Source: Candidatus Omnitrophota bacterium (lineage in GTDB: Bacteria; Omnitrophota; Gorgyraeia; Gygaellales; Profunditerraquicolaceae). Taken from it: a stretch of DNA of 64,000 bases. The notes below the pieces were generated by a model. The model made no database searches, was not told the DNA's origin, and worked only from the letters and a program-made list of their open reading frames with translations. The position numbers were made by a program, and so were the translations under genes. The stretch is taken from positions 598 through 64,597 of the forward strand of contig QNCD01000001.1 in the NCBI GenBank assembly GCA_003644385.1. Reading direction: 5' to 3'. Numbering within the stretch: position 1 is the stretch's first letter; every line of letters starts with the position of its first letter. This document shows positions 27,489 to 37,018 of the stretch, in pieces.

Positions 27489-29705
27489 TTAACTTTTTAA
27501 CTTCTTTTCTATTGCACCGTGCCAAGCTTTATAGAGTTTTTCGACGGACAGCTTAATCGATTTGTTAATTATCAGATTTTTGCCTCTTACTGTCCCAATA
27601 ACCGCAACCGGTGCTTTATTTTTTCCGGCAATAGCGAGAATCTTTTTTACATTTTTAGGCTTTGCGCTTAAAATAATACGCGATTGCGATTCGCTAAACA
27701 AAAGCGCGTCCTTTCTCAGCCTACTCTGCGATACATCAACTATCGCGCCCAGCCTTTTCTTAGGGTTGCTGATACAACACTCAGCTAATGCTACTGCCAA
27801 GCCTCCCTCAGAACAATCATGCGCAGATTGAATTAAACCTTTTTCTATTGCTTCTAAAGTAACTAGTTGTGCTTTTTTCTCTAAATTCATGTCGATATTC
27901 GGCGCCCTGCCTTTCTTTAAGCCGTGTACGGTTTTTAAATAAGCGCTGCCGCCGAGTTCTGCCTTAGTTCTTCCTAAAAGTAGAATTACGTCCCCTGCTG
28001 CTTTAAAATACTGGGTGGTAATATTTTTTCTGTCCTTTATCAAACCCACCATCCCGATAATAGGCGTAGGGTCAACTGAACCCTTGGGATTTTCGTTGTT
28101 AAAACTGACGTTGCCACTTACTACCGGCGTATTTAACGCACGGCAGGCCTTGGAGATTCCTAAGGCTGCCTGCCTAAATTGCCAGAAGACCTCGGGATTT
28201 TTGGGATTACCGAAGTTTATTCCGTCGGTAATCGCCAGGGGCTTAGCGCCCGAACAAACTAAATTCCTGGCTGCTTCACTAACAGCAATGGCACCTCCTT
28301 TAAAAGGATCTAAAAACAAATAAGCAGAATTGCAATCGGTGGTAACTGCCACCGCCTTTTTTGTCCCGGAAACTGCAATCACCCCGGCATCAGAACCCGG
28401 ACCTAAAAGTATATTCTTAGCCACTTTAGGATCTGCGTGTTTAAATACCCATGCCTTGCTAGCAATGGAAGGATTACTCAATAACGCCAGGAGGCTTGTG
28501 TTTAAATTACCGGGTTCTTTAACACTGAGCGGATTGAACTTATTTACTTTAGATAGATACTTTGGCCGTCTGGTTTTACGGTAATAAACCGGAGCCTTTA
28601 CTAACGCAGAAGCCGGAACTTCAGCTACAACTTCCCCGTATTCTTTCACCCGCACCATACCATCGTTACTTACCCGGCCGATAACATCAACCGGGACTTT
28701 CCACTTTCTAAAAACAGCTTTAACCTTATCCAGTTTATTCTTATCAACAATTACCAGCATTCTCTCTTGTGATTCAGAAAGCATTACCTCATAAGCATTC
28801 ATGCCTTCTTCTCTTCGTGGAACTAAAGAGATGTCAATCTCGATTCCTGTTGACGCTTTATGCGAAGTCTCGCAAATGGAACAAGTCAAGCCAGCAGCTC
28901 CCATATCCTGCATCCCTAAAACCAGCTTTTTCTGCATCAACTCAAGGCAGGCCTCGCGTAAAATTTTGCCCATATGTGGGTCACCGATTGCTACCGCCGA
29001 ACTCTTTTTAGCTGAATCTTCGTCTAATCCCGAAGAAGCAAATGCTGCGCCCTCGACTCCGTCTCTTCCGGTTCCTCCACCGACAATCAGCACTAAATTT
29101 CCCACGCCTGTTGCCCTGGCTTTCACTATATCTTTTCTTTTAACTATCCCTACGGTCATGGCATTAACTAAAGGGTTGCCTTCAAAAGACTCATCAAAGT
29201 ATATTTCCCCGCCCGCTACCGGGATCTCGGCAACATTGGCGTAGTCGGTGAAACCCTTGATTATATTTTTAAATAAAAATTTTACCCGCTCTGTTTTTAG
29301 AGTTCCTAAGCGCAGGGAATCTAAAAGCGCAACCGGCCTTGCACCCATAGTAAAAATATCGCGCACGCATCCACCACCGCCGGTAGCTGAAGCAGCGTAA
29401 GGTTCGACTGCCGAAGGATGATTGTGCGATTCGATTTTAAAAACTACTCCCAGGCCGCTTCCGATATCAACAATACCTGCATTTTCTCCCGGCCCCTGGA
29501 TAACCTGTTTACCTTTGGTAGGGAAAAGTTTTAAAACCGGTCTGGAATTCTTATAGGAACAGTGCTCGCTCCACATCGCCGAAAACATGCCTAATTCGGT
29601 ATAATTGGGCTCTCTGCCTAAGCATTTTTTAATCTCCGCGTATTCTTCCATATTTAAACCTGTTTTTTCTACTACCTCTTGAGTAATCAATACATCAGAA
29701 GACAT
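27489..29705 (-). CDS. purL: FGAM synthetase subunit PurL (small form, no glutaminase domain)
   Basis: WSEHCSYK, KIESHNHPS, QDMGAAGL, LSESQERM, SGNVSF, HDCSEGG; likely start MSSDVL. Confidence 0.96.
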   Translation of the reverse strand: MSSDVLITQEVVEKTGLNMEEYAEIKKCLGREPNYTELGMFSAMWSEHCSYKNSRPVLKLFPTKGKQVIQGPGENAGIVDIGSGLGVVFKIESHNHPSAVEPYAASATGGGGCVRDIFTMGARPVALLDSLRLGTLKTERVKFLFKNIIKGFTDYANVAEIPVAGGEIYFDESFEGNPLVNAMTVGIVKRKDIVKARATGVGNLVLIVGGGTGRDGVEGAAFASSGLDEDSAKKSSAVAIGDPHMGKILREACLELMQKKLVLGMQDMGAAGLTCSICETSHKASTGIEIDISLVPRREEGMNAYEVMLSESQERMLVIVDKNKLDKVKAVFRKWKVPVDVIGRVSNDGMVRVKEYGEVVAEVPASALVKAPVYYRKTRRPKYLSKVNKFNPLSVKEPGNLNTSLLALLSNPSIASKAWVFKHADPKVAKNILLGPGSDAGVIAVSGTKKAVAVTTDCNSAYLFLDPFKGGAIAVSEAARNLVCSGAKPLAITDGINFGNPKNPEVFWQFRQAALGISKACRALNTPVVSGNVSFNNENPKGSVDPTPIIGMVGLIKDRKNITTQYFKAAGDVILLLGRTKAELGGSAYLKTVHGLKKGRAPNIDMNLEKKAQLVTLEAIEKGLIQSAHDCSEGGLAVALAECCISNPKKRLGAIVDVSQSRLRKDALLFSESQSRIILSAKPKNVKKILAIAGKNKAPVAVIGTVRGKNLIINKSIKLSVEKLYKAWHGAIEKKLKS

Positions 29706-29938
29706 CTGGAAACTCCTTTCTAAAAACAAAGTTTAAATTTTACATAATTATTCTTTTCCGGATACCGGCGCCATCGACGAAATCCAAAAATTCTTTTCTG
29801 CTGCGTTGCAGAAACTAAAAGTTTTTAAAAATACCTAATGAATCATCTTAACGTCTGTGTATAAGAGGTTTAAGGTGGGATTAATATATACGCTTATTCT
29901 CAAAATATCAGAAAACTATCAAAAGGGATAACTTTTGT

Positions 29939-31237
29939 TTAACGGGATAAGCCGAGCCTGCTAAAAATTTTGTTTACGTGGCGTAGGTAATAGTCCAAAT
30001 CAAAAATCCTGTCTAATTCTTTTGGAGAAAGGCATCGGCAAAGTTGGTTATTTCTTAAAAGTAATTCTTTAAATTCGCGGTTCTCCCTCCAGGCCCGCAT
30101 CGCGTTTCTTTGCACTAAATCGTAGGCTTTCTGGCGGGTGAGGCCTTTTTTCATCAGCTTCAAAAGCAGTCTTTGCGAAAAAATCAGGCCTTTTGTTTTA
30201 ACTAAATTTGCCAGCATGTTATCAGGATATACGATTAACCCTTCAATAACCTCAATAAATTTATTCAGCATATAATCCAGGGCAAGTGTAGAATCCGGCA
30301 TGATTATCCGCTCAACCGAAGAGTGAGATATATCGCGTTCATGCCAGAGGGTAATGTTTTCTACTGCTGCCAAAGCATTTCCTCTTAAAACCCGGGCTAA
30401 CCCGCAGATCCTTTCGCAGATAACCGGATTACGCTTATGCGGCATAGCAGATGAACCCTTCTGGCTTTTGGCAAAAGGTTCTTCTGCCTCTAAAACCTCG
30501 GTCTTCTGTAAATGCCTGATTTCAGTGGCGAATTTTTCCAGGCTGGCACCGATTATAGCTAATGTGGCCATATATTGTGCATATACATCTCGTTGTATAA
30601 CCTGGGTAGAAATTCTAGCTGCCCTAAGCCCAAGCTTATCGCAGACGTACCTCTCCACTCTCGGGTTTATATTAGCATACGTACCTACTGCCCCGGAAAT
30701 CTTACCTATGCGGACCCCTTCTTTTGCCTGAAGAAGGCGGTTGAGGTTTCTTTTTGTTTCATCATACATCAAAGCAAGTTTTAATCCAAATGTGGTGGGT
30801 TCGGCGTGCACGCCATGGGTACGCCCAATGCAAACCATCTCTTTATATTTCTTGGATTTTCTAGCCAGTAAATTAATCAGCTTATTTAAATCCCCGATTA
30901 ATATTTCGCTTGCTGCTTTTAATTGCACCCCAAGCGTGGTATCCAGGAGATCCGAAGAAGTCAGGCCGATATGCAGGTATTTTGCGTCTGCCCCAATATA
31001 TTGTGCTACATTATTTACAAAAGACACCACATCATGTTGAGTTTTTTCTTCGATCTTTTTAATCTTATTTAGATTAAACTTTGCCTTTTTTTTAATTCGT
31101 ATTAAGATTTCCCTGGGGACCTCTTTTTCTTTTACCAGGGCTTCTAAGGCAAGTATTTCTATATCCAGCATGGTCTTAAACTTAAATTCCTCCTGCCAGA
31201 TATAGGACATTTTGGGTAGGCTGTAACGTTCAATCAT
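29939..31237 (-). CDS. purB: Adenylosuccinate lyase
   Basis: MIERY, GRTHGVHAEPTTFG, KGSSAMPHKRNP, WHERDISHSSVER. Confidence 0.98.
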   Translation of the reverse strand: MIERYSLPKMSYIWQEEFKFKTMLDIEILALEALVKEKEVPREILIRIKKKAKFNLNKIKKIEEKTQHDVVSFVNNVAQYIGADAKYLHIGLTSSDLLDTTLGVQLKAASEILIGDLNKLINLLARKSKKYKEMVCIGRTHGVHAEPTTFGLKLALMYDETKRNLNRLLQAKEGVRIGKISGAVGTYANINPRVERYVCDKLGLRAARISTQVIQRDVYAQYMATLAIIGASLEKFATEIRHLQKTEVLEAEEPFAKSQKGSSAMPHKRNPVICERICGLARVLRGNALAAVENITLWHERDISHSSVERIIMPDSTLALDYMLNKFIEVIEGLIVYPDNMLANLVKTKGLIFSQRLLLKLMKKGLTRQKAYDLVQRNAMRAWRENREFKELLLRNNQLCRCLSPKELDRIFDLDYYLRHVNKIFSRLGLSR

Positions 31238-31269
31238 GCGTTCTCCTTAAAAAATTGCGGGGAGTCTTT

Positions 31270-31297
31270 ATTATAACAAAAAATCTTGCTTTAGCAA
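31270..31297 (-). promoter_or_regulatory. Sigma70-type promoter of the purB operon
   Basis: TTGCTA-16 bp-TATAAT with an extended TG. Confidence 0.5.
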
Positions 31298-31411
31298 CCA
31301 AAAAATTAAGCCTGGAGAGCACCTGAATCATTTATAAAATATCCAAAAAGGGGGTTATACTATGGGGAATTTCGGGCAGGAAAATCGATTGATAAATAGC
31401 AAGCAAAATCA

Positions 31412-31798
31412 TCAACCTATAACAGCCTTTATCTCTTTTAAAAGCCTTTGTTTGGTCACCGGCTTCTGGATAAATTTGGCGCCGTTGATTGCCTTAAGAT
31501 TCCATAAATTATCCGGATTTAGAACGCTGACCACTATTATAGGCATATTGCGTGTTTCTTTAATTGACCTGACATAGACAAATAAAGAGTCGCCGGGGAC
31601 CGGTTCCATAATTATATCTAAAATCAAAAGGTCAAAAGTACCCTCTGCCAGGCGCTTTGTTGCTTCCTCAACCGAACCGACAATTTCAATTTTATACTTC
31701 TTTGCCTGGTCGCGAAAATAAATTTTATAGATATCCTGCATCTTTTTATCATCTTCGACGATTAAAATTTGTTTTACTCTTTTTTCTACTATAACCAT
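31412..31798 (-). CDS. Single-domain response regulator
   Basis: ILIVEDD, LLILDIIM, PIIVVS, KP. Confidence 0.92.
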   Translation of the reverse strand: MVIVEKRVKQILIVEDDKKMQDIYKIYFRDQAKKYKIEIVGSVEEATKRLAEGTFDLLILDIIMEPVPGDSLFVYVRSIKETRNMPIIVVSVLNPDNLWNLKAINGAKFIQKPVTKQRLLKEIKAVIG

Positions 31799-31826
31799 AT
31801 ACGCCTCCTGAGGATATGAGCACTTA

Positions 31827-34808
31827 TTATTTCAAAGGCAATTCTACGACCACGCTAGCGCCCTGGTCCTGGCCTCTAGAAAATAGTTTAATACTTCCTT
31901 TGTAACTATCAACGATTTCTTTACATATGGCTAACCCCACCCCTTCTCCTGCTATTGCCGGATGTTGTTTATAAAATTTAGTGAACAACTTATCCTTATC
32001 AATAGGACTAAATCCATAACCAGTATCTTTTACTGTTATACGTACTCGGTCCTGAATTCTGCGGCTGCTGATATATATACGGCCGTTTTCCGTAAATTTA
32101 ACTGCGTTCTCTATAAGGTTGCCTAAAAGAAAGCTTAAATCTCTTACAGCCATAATAACCTTATCAGCCCCTTTGCCGATATCTACCCTTATTATATTTT
32201 TTCTCGATTGAGTTAAATCGGCCAAATTAAGAACTATTTTCTTTACTACCTTCTCTAACGAAATCTTTCTTTTTCCTCTTTTCGTTAATTTTCTTAATTC
32301 CAGGGAAAAAACATCCATAATATTTTTGGTATCTTTTCCTAACTTATCCAGGCTGGTCTTGCCTATGGCGTATGCCTTCTTTATTAAATCCATATTATTT
32401 TCTGCTATTCCTTCCTGTAAAATCTGGTAAGACATCTGCGATAATGCCAGCGGCGTATTTAAACCATGTGAAATATTACGGATTAAATTTGCCTTTGCCT
32501 GTTCCAAGTGTTTAATTTCGCTAATATCCTCCAATATTCCGTCTATCCATTTGATTTGACCTTTTTTGTCGCGCTGTACCGAAGCTGAAATAGATACCCA
32601 GACTGGGCTGCCGTCTTTTTTTCGCAATTCTATCTCTAAATTCCTCACCGAACTTTTCTTAGCTATTTCTTCGACTACCTTCTTTCTTTGTTTAGGATCC
32701 GGATAAAGGTCAATAACCCGAACCCCCATAAATTCCTGAAGCGAATCATAACCGAAAATCTTGGCTATTGCCGAGTTTGCCTGCAGGAAACGCCCTTTAG
32801 TGCCGGGAGTATTCCTGTATATCCCGACTTTTATATTATTTACCACTGAACGGTATTTTTCTTCGCTTTGCCTTATGATTTCTTCAGCTTTTTTGCGTTC
32901 GGTAATATCTTCGGCAAAACCGGCTACGCGGAAAATCTGGCCTTTTTTATTCCTGATGGGATAGACACGCGCTGCCACCCAATGCAAAGAACCATCCGGA
33001 TGCACAACGCGAAAATCCGGAAAATTCTGTTCGGAAAAGTCTCCTTTTGCTAACCTATCTACACAGGCAATCAATTTTGGCCGATCTTCCTTTACTACTG
33101 CTTTTATCCATGCTTGAGGGTCTTTAAACATGGTCTGCCTGGAGCAGCCCCAGATTTTTTCATAAGCAGGGCTAAGATACAGCGGCTTTTTGTTTACTCC
33201 TTCACTTATCCAAAATGACTCCTTGATATTCTCAGCGACCTGTCTTAAACGCAATTCACTTTCCTTAAACGCTTCCTCTACCTGCTTACGCTGGGTAATA
33301 TCAAAAACTATTCCGTTAAAAACAACCCCGCCTCCCGGGAATTTACGGGGGGTAGAAGTAGCATACACCCATTTCAATTGCCCTGCTTTAGTCATTATCC
33401 TGAATTCTGCCTCGTATGGTTTAAGGGTTTTAAGTGATTTAATTATTAAATTATTCAATCCTATTTTATCTTCAGAAAGGATATTCTTAAAAGCCAGAGA
33501 ATGGTCTTTATAGAGCATTTGCGGGCGATTACCAAAAATCTTATAAGCATTATCGCTTACAAATAAGAATACGTGCTCACCGGTTTCTTTGACTAAAGTT
33601 TGATAAACCACTCCCGGGATCTTTGAAACTATCTCTTTAAATTTTTCTTCACTTGCTTTAAGCGCTAGCTCTGCCTCCTTACGCCTGGTAATATCTAAAT
33701 GCGTAGAAATACTATAAAGAGGCTTTCCGCCTAGTCCGTAAATAGTATTGACATTTAATAAAACATCGAGTATTTTCCCCTGTTTGGTAATGACCTGCAG
33801 CTCTTCATCCTTAATTTTATGTTTTTTCTTCCAAAGCCTGAAAAGCCTCTTTGCCTTTTTCTGTGAGGAGGAAGCATAAATAGTAATAAAAGATTTTCCT
33901 GCTAATTGCGATTTATCTTTATAGCCGAGAGTTTTAACAGCTAACTTATTGCAATCGATAATCTTACCGTCAAAAGAAATATTGTAAGCGCAGATTGGCA
34001 GATTCTCAAAATATTCCCTGAGCCTCAGCCGCTCTAACTTTAAAGCCTTTTCAATCTTCTTGCGTTCAGTAATATTTGTAACCCTGCCCTGGAATCCGAT
34101 AATTTTACCCTCCTCGCTGATTATCGGGCTGGCTACTGTTTCGCAATCTATAAGATGCCTGTCTTTATGGATATACTGCACCTCAACCTGGGCCTGGCGT
34201 ATTTTTCCCTTACGCGCTTCATAGAAAAGACCCCTAGCTGCTTTTTTTAATATCTTTATACTTGCTGGCGTAGCTATTTTATTTACGTTTACCCCCTCTA
34301 TCTCTTCTCTCTTATAACCCAATAGCCTAAATACAGCCTCATTAATAAATGTAATATTAAAATTAAGGTCAACGGTATATATAACATCTAAGGTGTTGGC
34401 TGCTAAAAGCCTGTATTTCTTTTCATTATCCCTCAAAAGCCTTTCTGTTTTTTTACGCTCGGTTATATCTGTACCTATAATTGCCAACCCATCTCCTACC
34501 CTAAAAGCCCGCAAAAAAGCGTGCCTTTCTCCGACCTCAGGACACAACACAGCGTTATCGATAATAAAAGGTTTGCCTGTTTTTAAAACCTGTTTATATC
34601 GTCTATATCTATATCGCACCTCTTTACTACCGGGACTGATAGATAATTCTAAAATGTGTTTTCCCAATGCAGATTGCTTGCGTAAATTCCATTGTTTCAA
34701 CGCAGCCCGGTTAATACCGATTAATTTCAAATTACGGTCAAAGAGAAGAAACCCGTCAGTTATTGAATTCATAAACTCGATTAACTTCTGGGGGTTTATA
34801 TCTTCCAT
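31827..34808 (-). CDS. Cytoplasmic multi-PAS sensor histidine kinase
   Basis: About six PAS/PAC repeats (DIT-type ends), H-box ISHGLNTPL, NLIENAVKF, DTGYG, GEGVGL; no transmembrane segment. Confidence 0.92.
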   Translation of the reverse strand: MEDINPQKLIEFMNSITDGFLLFDRNLKLIGINRAALKQWNLRKQSALGKHILELSISPGSKEVRYRYRRYKQVLKTGKPFIIDNAVLCPEVGERHAFLRAFRVGDGLAIIGTDITERKKTERLLRDNEKKYRLLAANTLDVIYTVDLNFNITFINEAVFRLLGYKREEIEGVNVNKIATPASIKILKKAARGLFYEARKGKIRQAQVEVQYIHKDRHLIDCETVASPIISEEGKIIGFQGRVTNITERKKIEKALKLERLRLREYFENLPICAYNISFDGKIIDCNKLAVKTLGYKDKSQLAGKSFITIYASSSQKKAKRLFRLWKKKHKIKDEELQVITKQGKILDVLLNVNTIYGLGGKPLYSISTHLDITRRKEAELALKASEEKFKEIVSKIPGVVYQTLVKETGEHVFLFVSDNAYKIFGNRPQMLYKDHSLAFKNILSEDKIGLNNLIIKSLKTLKPYEAEFRIMTKAGQLKWVYATSTPRKFPGGGVVFNGIVFDITQRKQVEEAFKESELRLRQVAENIKESFWISEGVNKKPLYLSPAYEKIWGCSRQTMFKDPQAWIKAVVKEDRPKLIACVDRLAKGDFSEQNFPDFRVVHPDGSLHWVAARVYPIRNKKGQIFRVAGFAEDITERKKAEEIIRQSEEKYRSVVNNIKVGIYRNTPGTKGRFLQANSAIAKIFGYDSLQEFMGVRVIDLYPDPKQRKKVVEEIAKKSSVRNLEIELRKKDGSPVWVSISASVQRDKKGQIKWIDGILEDISEIKHLEQAKANLIRNISHGLNTPLALSQMSYQILQEGIAENNMDLIKKAYAIGKTSLDKLGKDTKNIMDVFSLELRKLTKRGKRKISLEKVVKKIVLNLADLTQSRKNIIRVDIGKGADKVIMAVRDLSFLLGNLIENAVKFTENGRIYISSRRIQDRVRITVKDTGYGFSPIDKDKLFTKFYKQHPAIAGEGVGLAICKEIVDSYKGSIKLFSRGQDQGASVVVELPLK

Positions 34809-35033
34809 TTTTTTACTGGTAAAAAACTAATTAAATTATTATTCTTTTTTAAAGAAAAGTTGCGTTTTTTTGTATAAACAGGAGGAAGAAAAGAGACTAG
34901 TCTTAAATGAAAACTTTGGTAAATATTTATTTTAATACTAAAGAACAGGAAGTCAATAGAAATTACACATCCTAAGTGTGTAATTATCCAGGTTGTGCCT
35001 TAAGGTAATCTTAACCCTTTGCCGCGGAAGATC

Positions 35034-35501
35034 TTAGCAAGATTTTCCAGTGAAAGGATAAAAATTTTCGGGGAGAGATCTGACCTCTTGTAAATATTCC
35101 TCTTCTGTTTCAAGGCCGATATGCTCCCATTCAATCAGATTATCTTCTCTATCAAAAAAAAGATATATTTTTTCACCGCCCATCCAACCCTCCCCAGCCG
35201 CCTTATATACCCATTTTTCTTTTTCTTCTTCAGAAATAATCAAAGAGGGCTCACCGATATCTCTTAAAATATCCTCTTTAGAAAATCCGGTTTCTACTTC
35301 GTTTGCGGAAATGAAATTTTTAGCCTTTTCAAAATTTATAGTCTCCTGCCTCACTGCCTGCTCTTTTAACTTTTCATTTTTTGCCAGATTAGTTAATAAA
35401 GATAAAATGCGTGCCTTTGCGCAGCCAATTAAAGAAAGTATCAGAATAGGCAAAATGAAGTATTTTAATCTTGCGAAAATAATAAATTTTGTTTTATTCA
35501 T
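35034..35501 (-). CDS. Lipoprotein with a BamE/SmpA-like motif
   Basis: Lipobox LIGC; GFSKEDILRDIGEP...WVY. Confidence 0.6.
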   Translation of the reverse strand: MNKTKFIIFARLKYFILPILILSLIGCAKARILSLLTNLAKNEKLKEQAVRQETINFEKAKNFISANEVETGFSKEDILRDIGEPSLIISEEEKEKWVYKAAGEGWMGGEKIYLFFDREDNLIEWEHIGLETEEEYLQEVRSLPENFYPFTGKSC

Positions 35502-35566
35502 TTTGGCCTTGTCTTAACTTATTTATTATCAAGATGTTTAGCAATAGGGAAACGTCCCCATTGACT

Positions 35567-36318
35567 TTATAATATATGCATGCTTAGGGCGATTATTAAC
35601 ATTCCGGTTATAATTCCTAAAATCGACAAATGATATCCTCCGCCTTCGTAGGATAAAGGCAGGAGTTCATCAAAACTGATAAAAACCATCACGCCGGCAA
35701 CAGCAGCTAAGGTATAAGAAATAAACAAGCTATTTAGGAATGGCGTCAATAGCAATAAAGCTATAATTGCCCCAAGAGGTTCGGCGGATCCGGATAGAAA
35801 AGAATACCAAAAAGCCTTTTTTCTGCTTTTGCTGGCATAATAGATCGGTATTGCAACCGCAATCCTTTCAGGGATATTATGCAGCGCGATAGCAAAAGCT
35901 AAAGAAATACCTAGCTTTATATCTACCATTGAACTTATAAAAACTGCTATGCCTTCAGGAAAATTATGTATAGCCAGGCCTAGGGGCAGTATAAATTCCT
36001 GCTTTCATAATCCTGGAGTCGCAATCTTCTTTCTTGATATGCTCTTCTATATATTCGTGGGGAATAATAAAATCAAGAAGGCCGAGCAAAATAATTCCCC
36101 CAAAGAAAGCAATAACCGCCCTCAGGAAGCCGATCTCAGTTATAGCTGAAGGCAAAATATCCATGAAAGAAATAGAAATCATCACGCCGGCAGATAAACC
36201 CAAAGAAAACTGAAGATAAGTTTTTTTAAGATTCTTAACAAAAAAAAGCAAAGAAGCTGCCGACGTGGGTAAAAATACCCGCCAAAAAAGCCAGTAACAA
36301 AGGCAACCATATCTTCAT
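35567..36318 (-). pseudogene. zupT: ZupT/ZIP-family metal transporter with two +1 frameshifts
   Basis: MKIWLPLL...GSFFAFF breaks at the A8 run (36240-36247). GLSAGVMI...GIYTA breaks at G4 (35983-35986), then continues LGLAIHNFPEG...ALHNIPER...VMVFISFDELLP. An alternative in-frame ATG lies at 36339. Confidence 0.85.
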
Positions 36319-36470
36319 ACTTGGGGACGTTTCTATCATCTCTAACTCATTATAATAAAAAGAGTTATAACCGCCTCGGAATTATAACATTTTAACAAAT
36401 TTCACCACCTAAGCAATCGTAACTCTTTGTCATTCGGAGAGTAATTAAAACGAAGGGATCCTCTCTATAA

Positions 36471-36914
36471 TTATTGAACAGTCGATAAGCCTACGCAGGT
36501 ATCGTGAGAAGCAATTTCTCCACCCCCAAAAAGAGCTCTTATTACACCATCTTCGGTAATGCAAAAAGATTGTGAGCCATGATTAGCGCTTTTCGGTTCT
36601 GCAGAAATACAAAAACTGGAATCTGTGGCTTCCCTGATATAAAAATTATAGCCGGATTTACTTCCGCTGGCTAAAGTGCCGTCGATATATGGCGGCTGGG
36701 CTTCCGGTAAGCTTAAATTCGCAAGGTTTCCGTAGGTATAATTGGCGGTATTATAACAAATTTCTGCAGAGGCGATAATTTTCAATGACGCCTGGGCCGA
36801 GGTTTCATTAGCTTGCATGCGCGCTCTGAGTAAATTAGGTATAGCCAATGCCGCTAATAAAGCGACTACAGCAACCACAATCATCATTTCTACAAGAGTA
36901 AAACCTTTTTTCAT
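36471..36914 (-). CDS. Type IV pilin-like protein with N-terminal methylation motif
   Basis: KKGFTLVEMMIVVAVV...AIPNLLRAR..ANE; SGYNF; FCITEDGVIR. Confidence 0.92.
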   Translation of the reverse strand: MKKGFTLVEMMIVVAVVALLAALAIPNLLRARMQANETSAQASLKIIASAEICYNTANYTYGNLANLSLPEAQPPYIDGTLASGSKSGYNFYIREATDSSFCISAEPKSANHGSQSFCITEDGVIRALFGGGEIASHDTCVGLSTVQ

Positions 36915-37018
36915 CCTGTTTAGCCTTCCTCCATTTATATTTATTATAAATCAAACCTTGGCTTTTTCAACATATATAATCTTGAGGCGGATCCTTAAGT
37001 AAGAATCTCAGGCAGAAT

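Noticed and set aside
29856-29867. TGTGTATAAGAG match to the Tn5 mosaic end / Nextera adapter
   Set aside because: Only 12 contiguous bases of the 19 match and the flanks differ; compatible with chance.
29706-29938. Hidden purS gene or a purine/ZTP/PRPP riboswitch between purB and purL
   Set aside because: No suitable - strand ORF and no aptamer consensus recognised.
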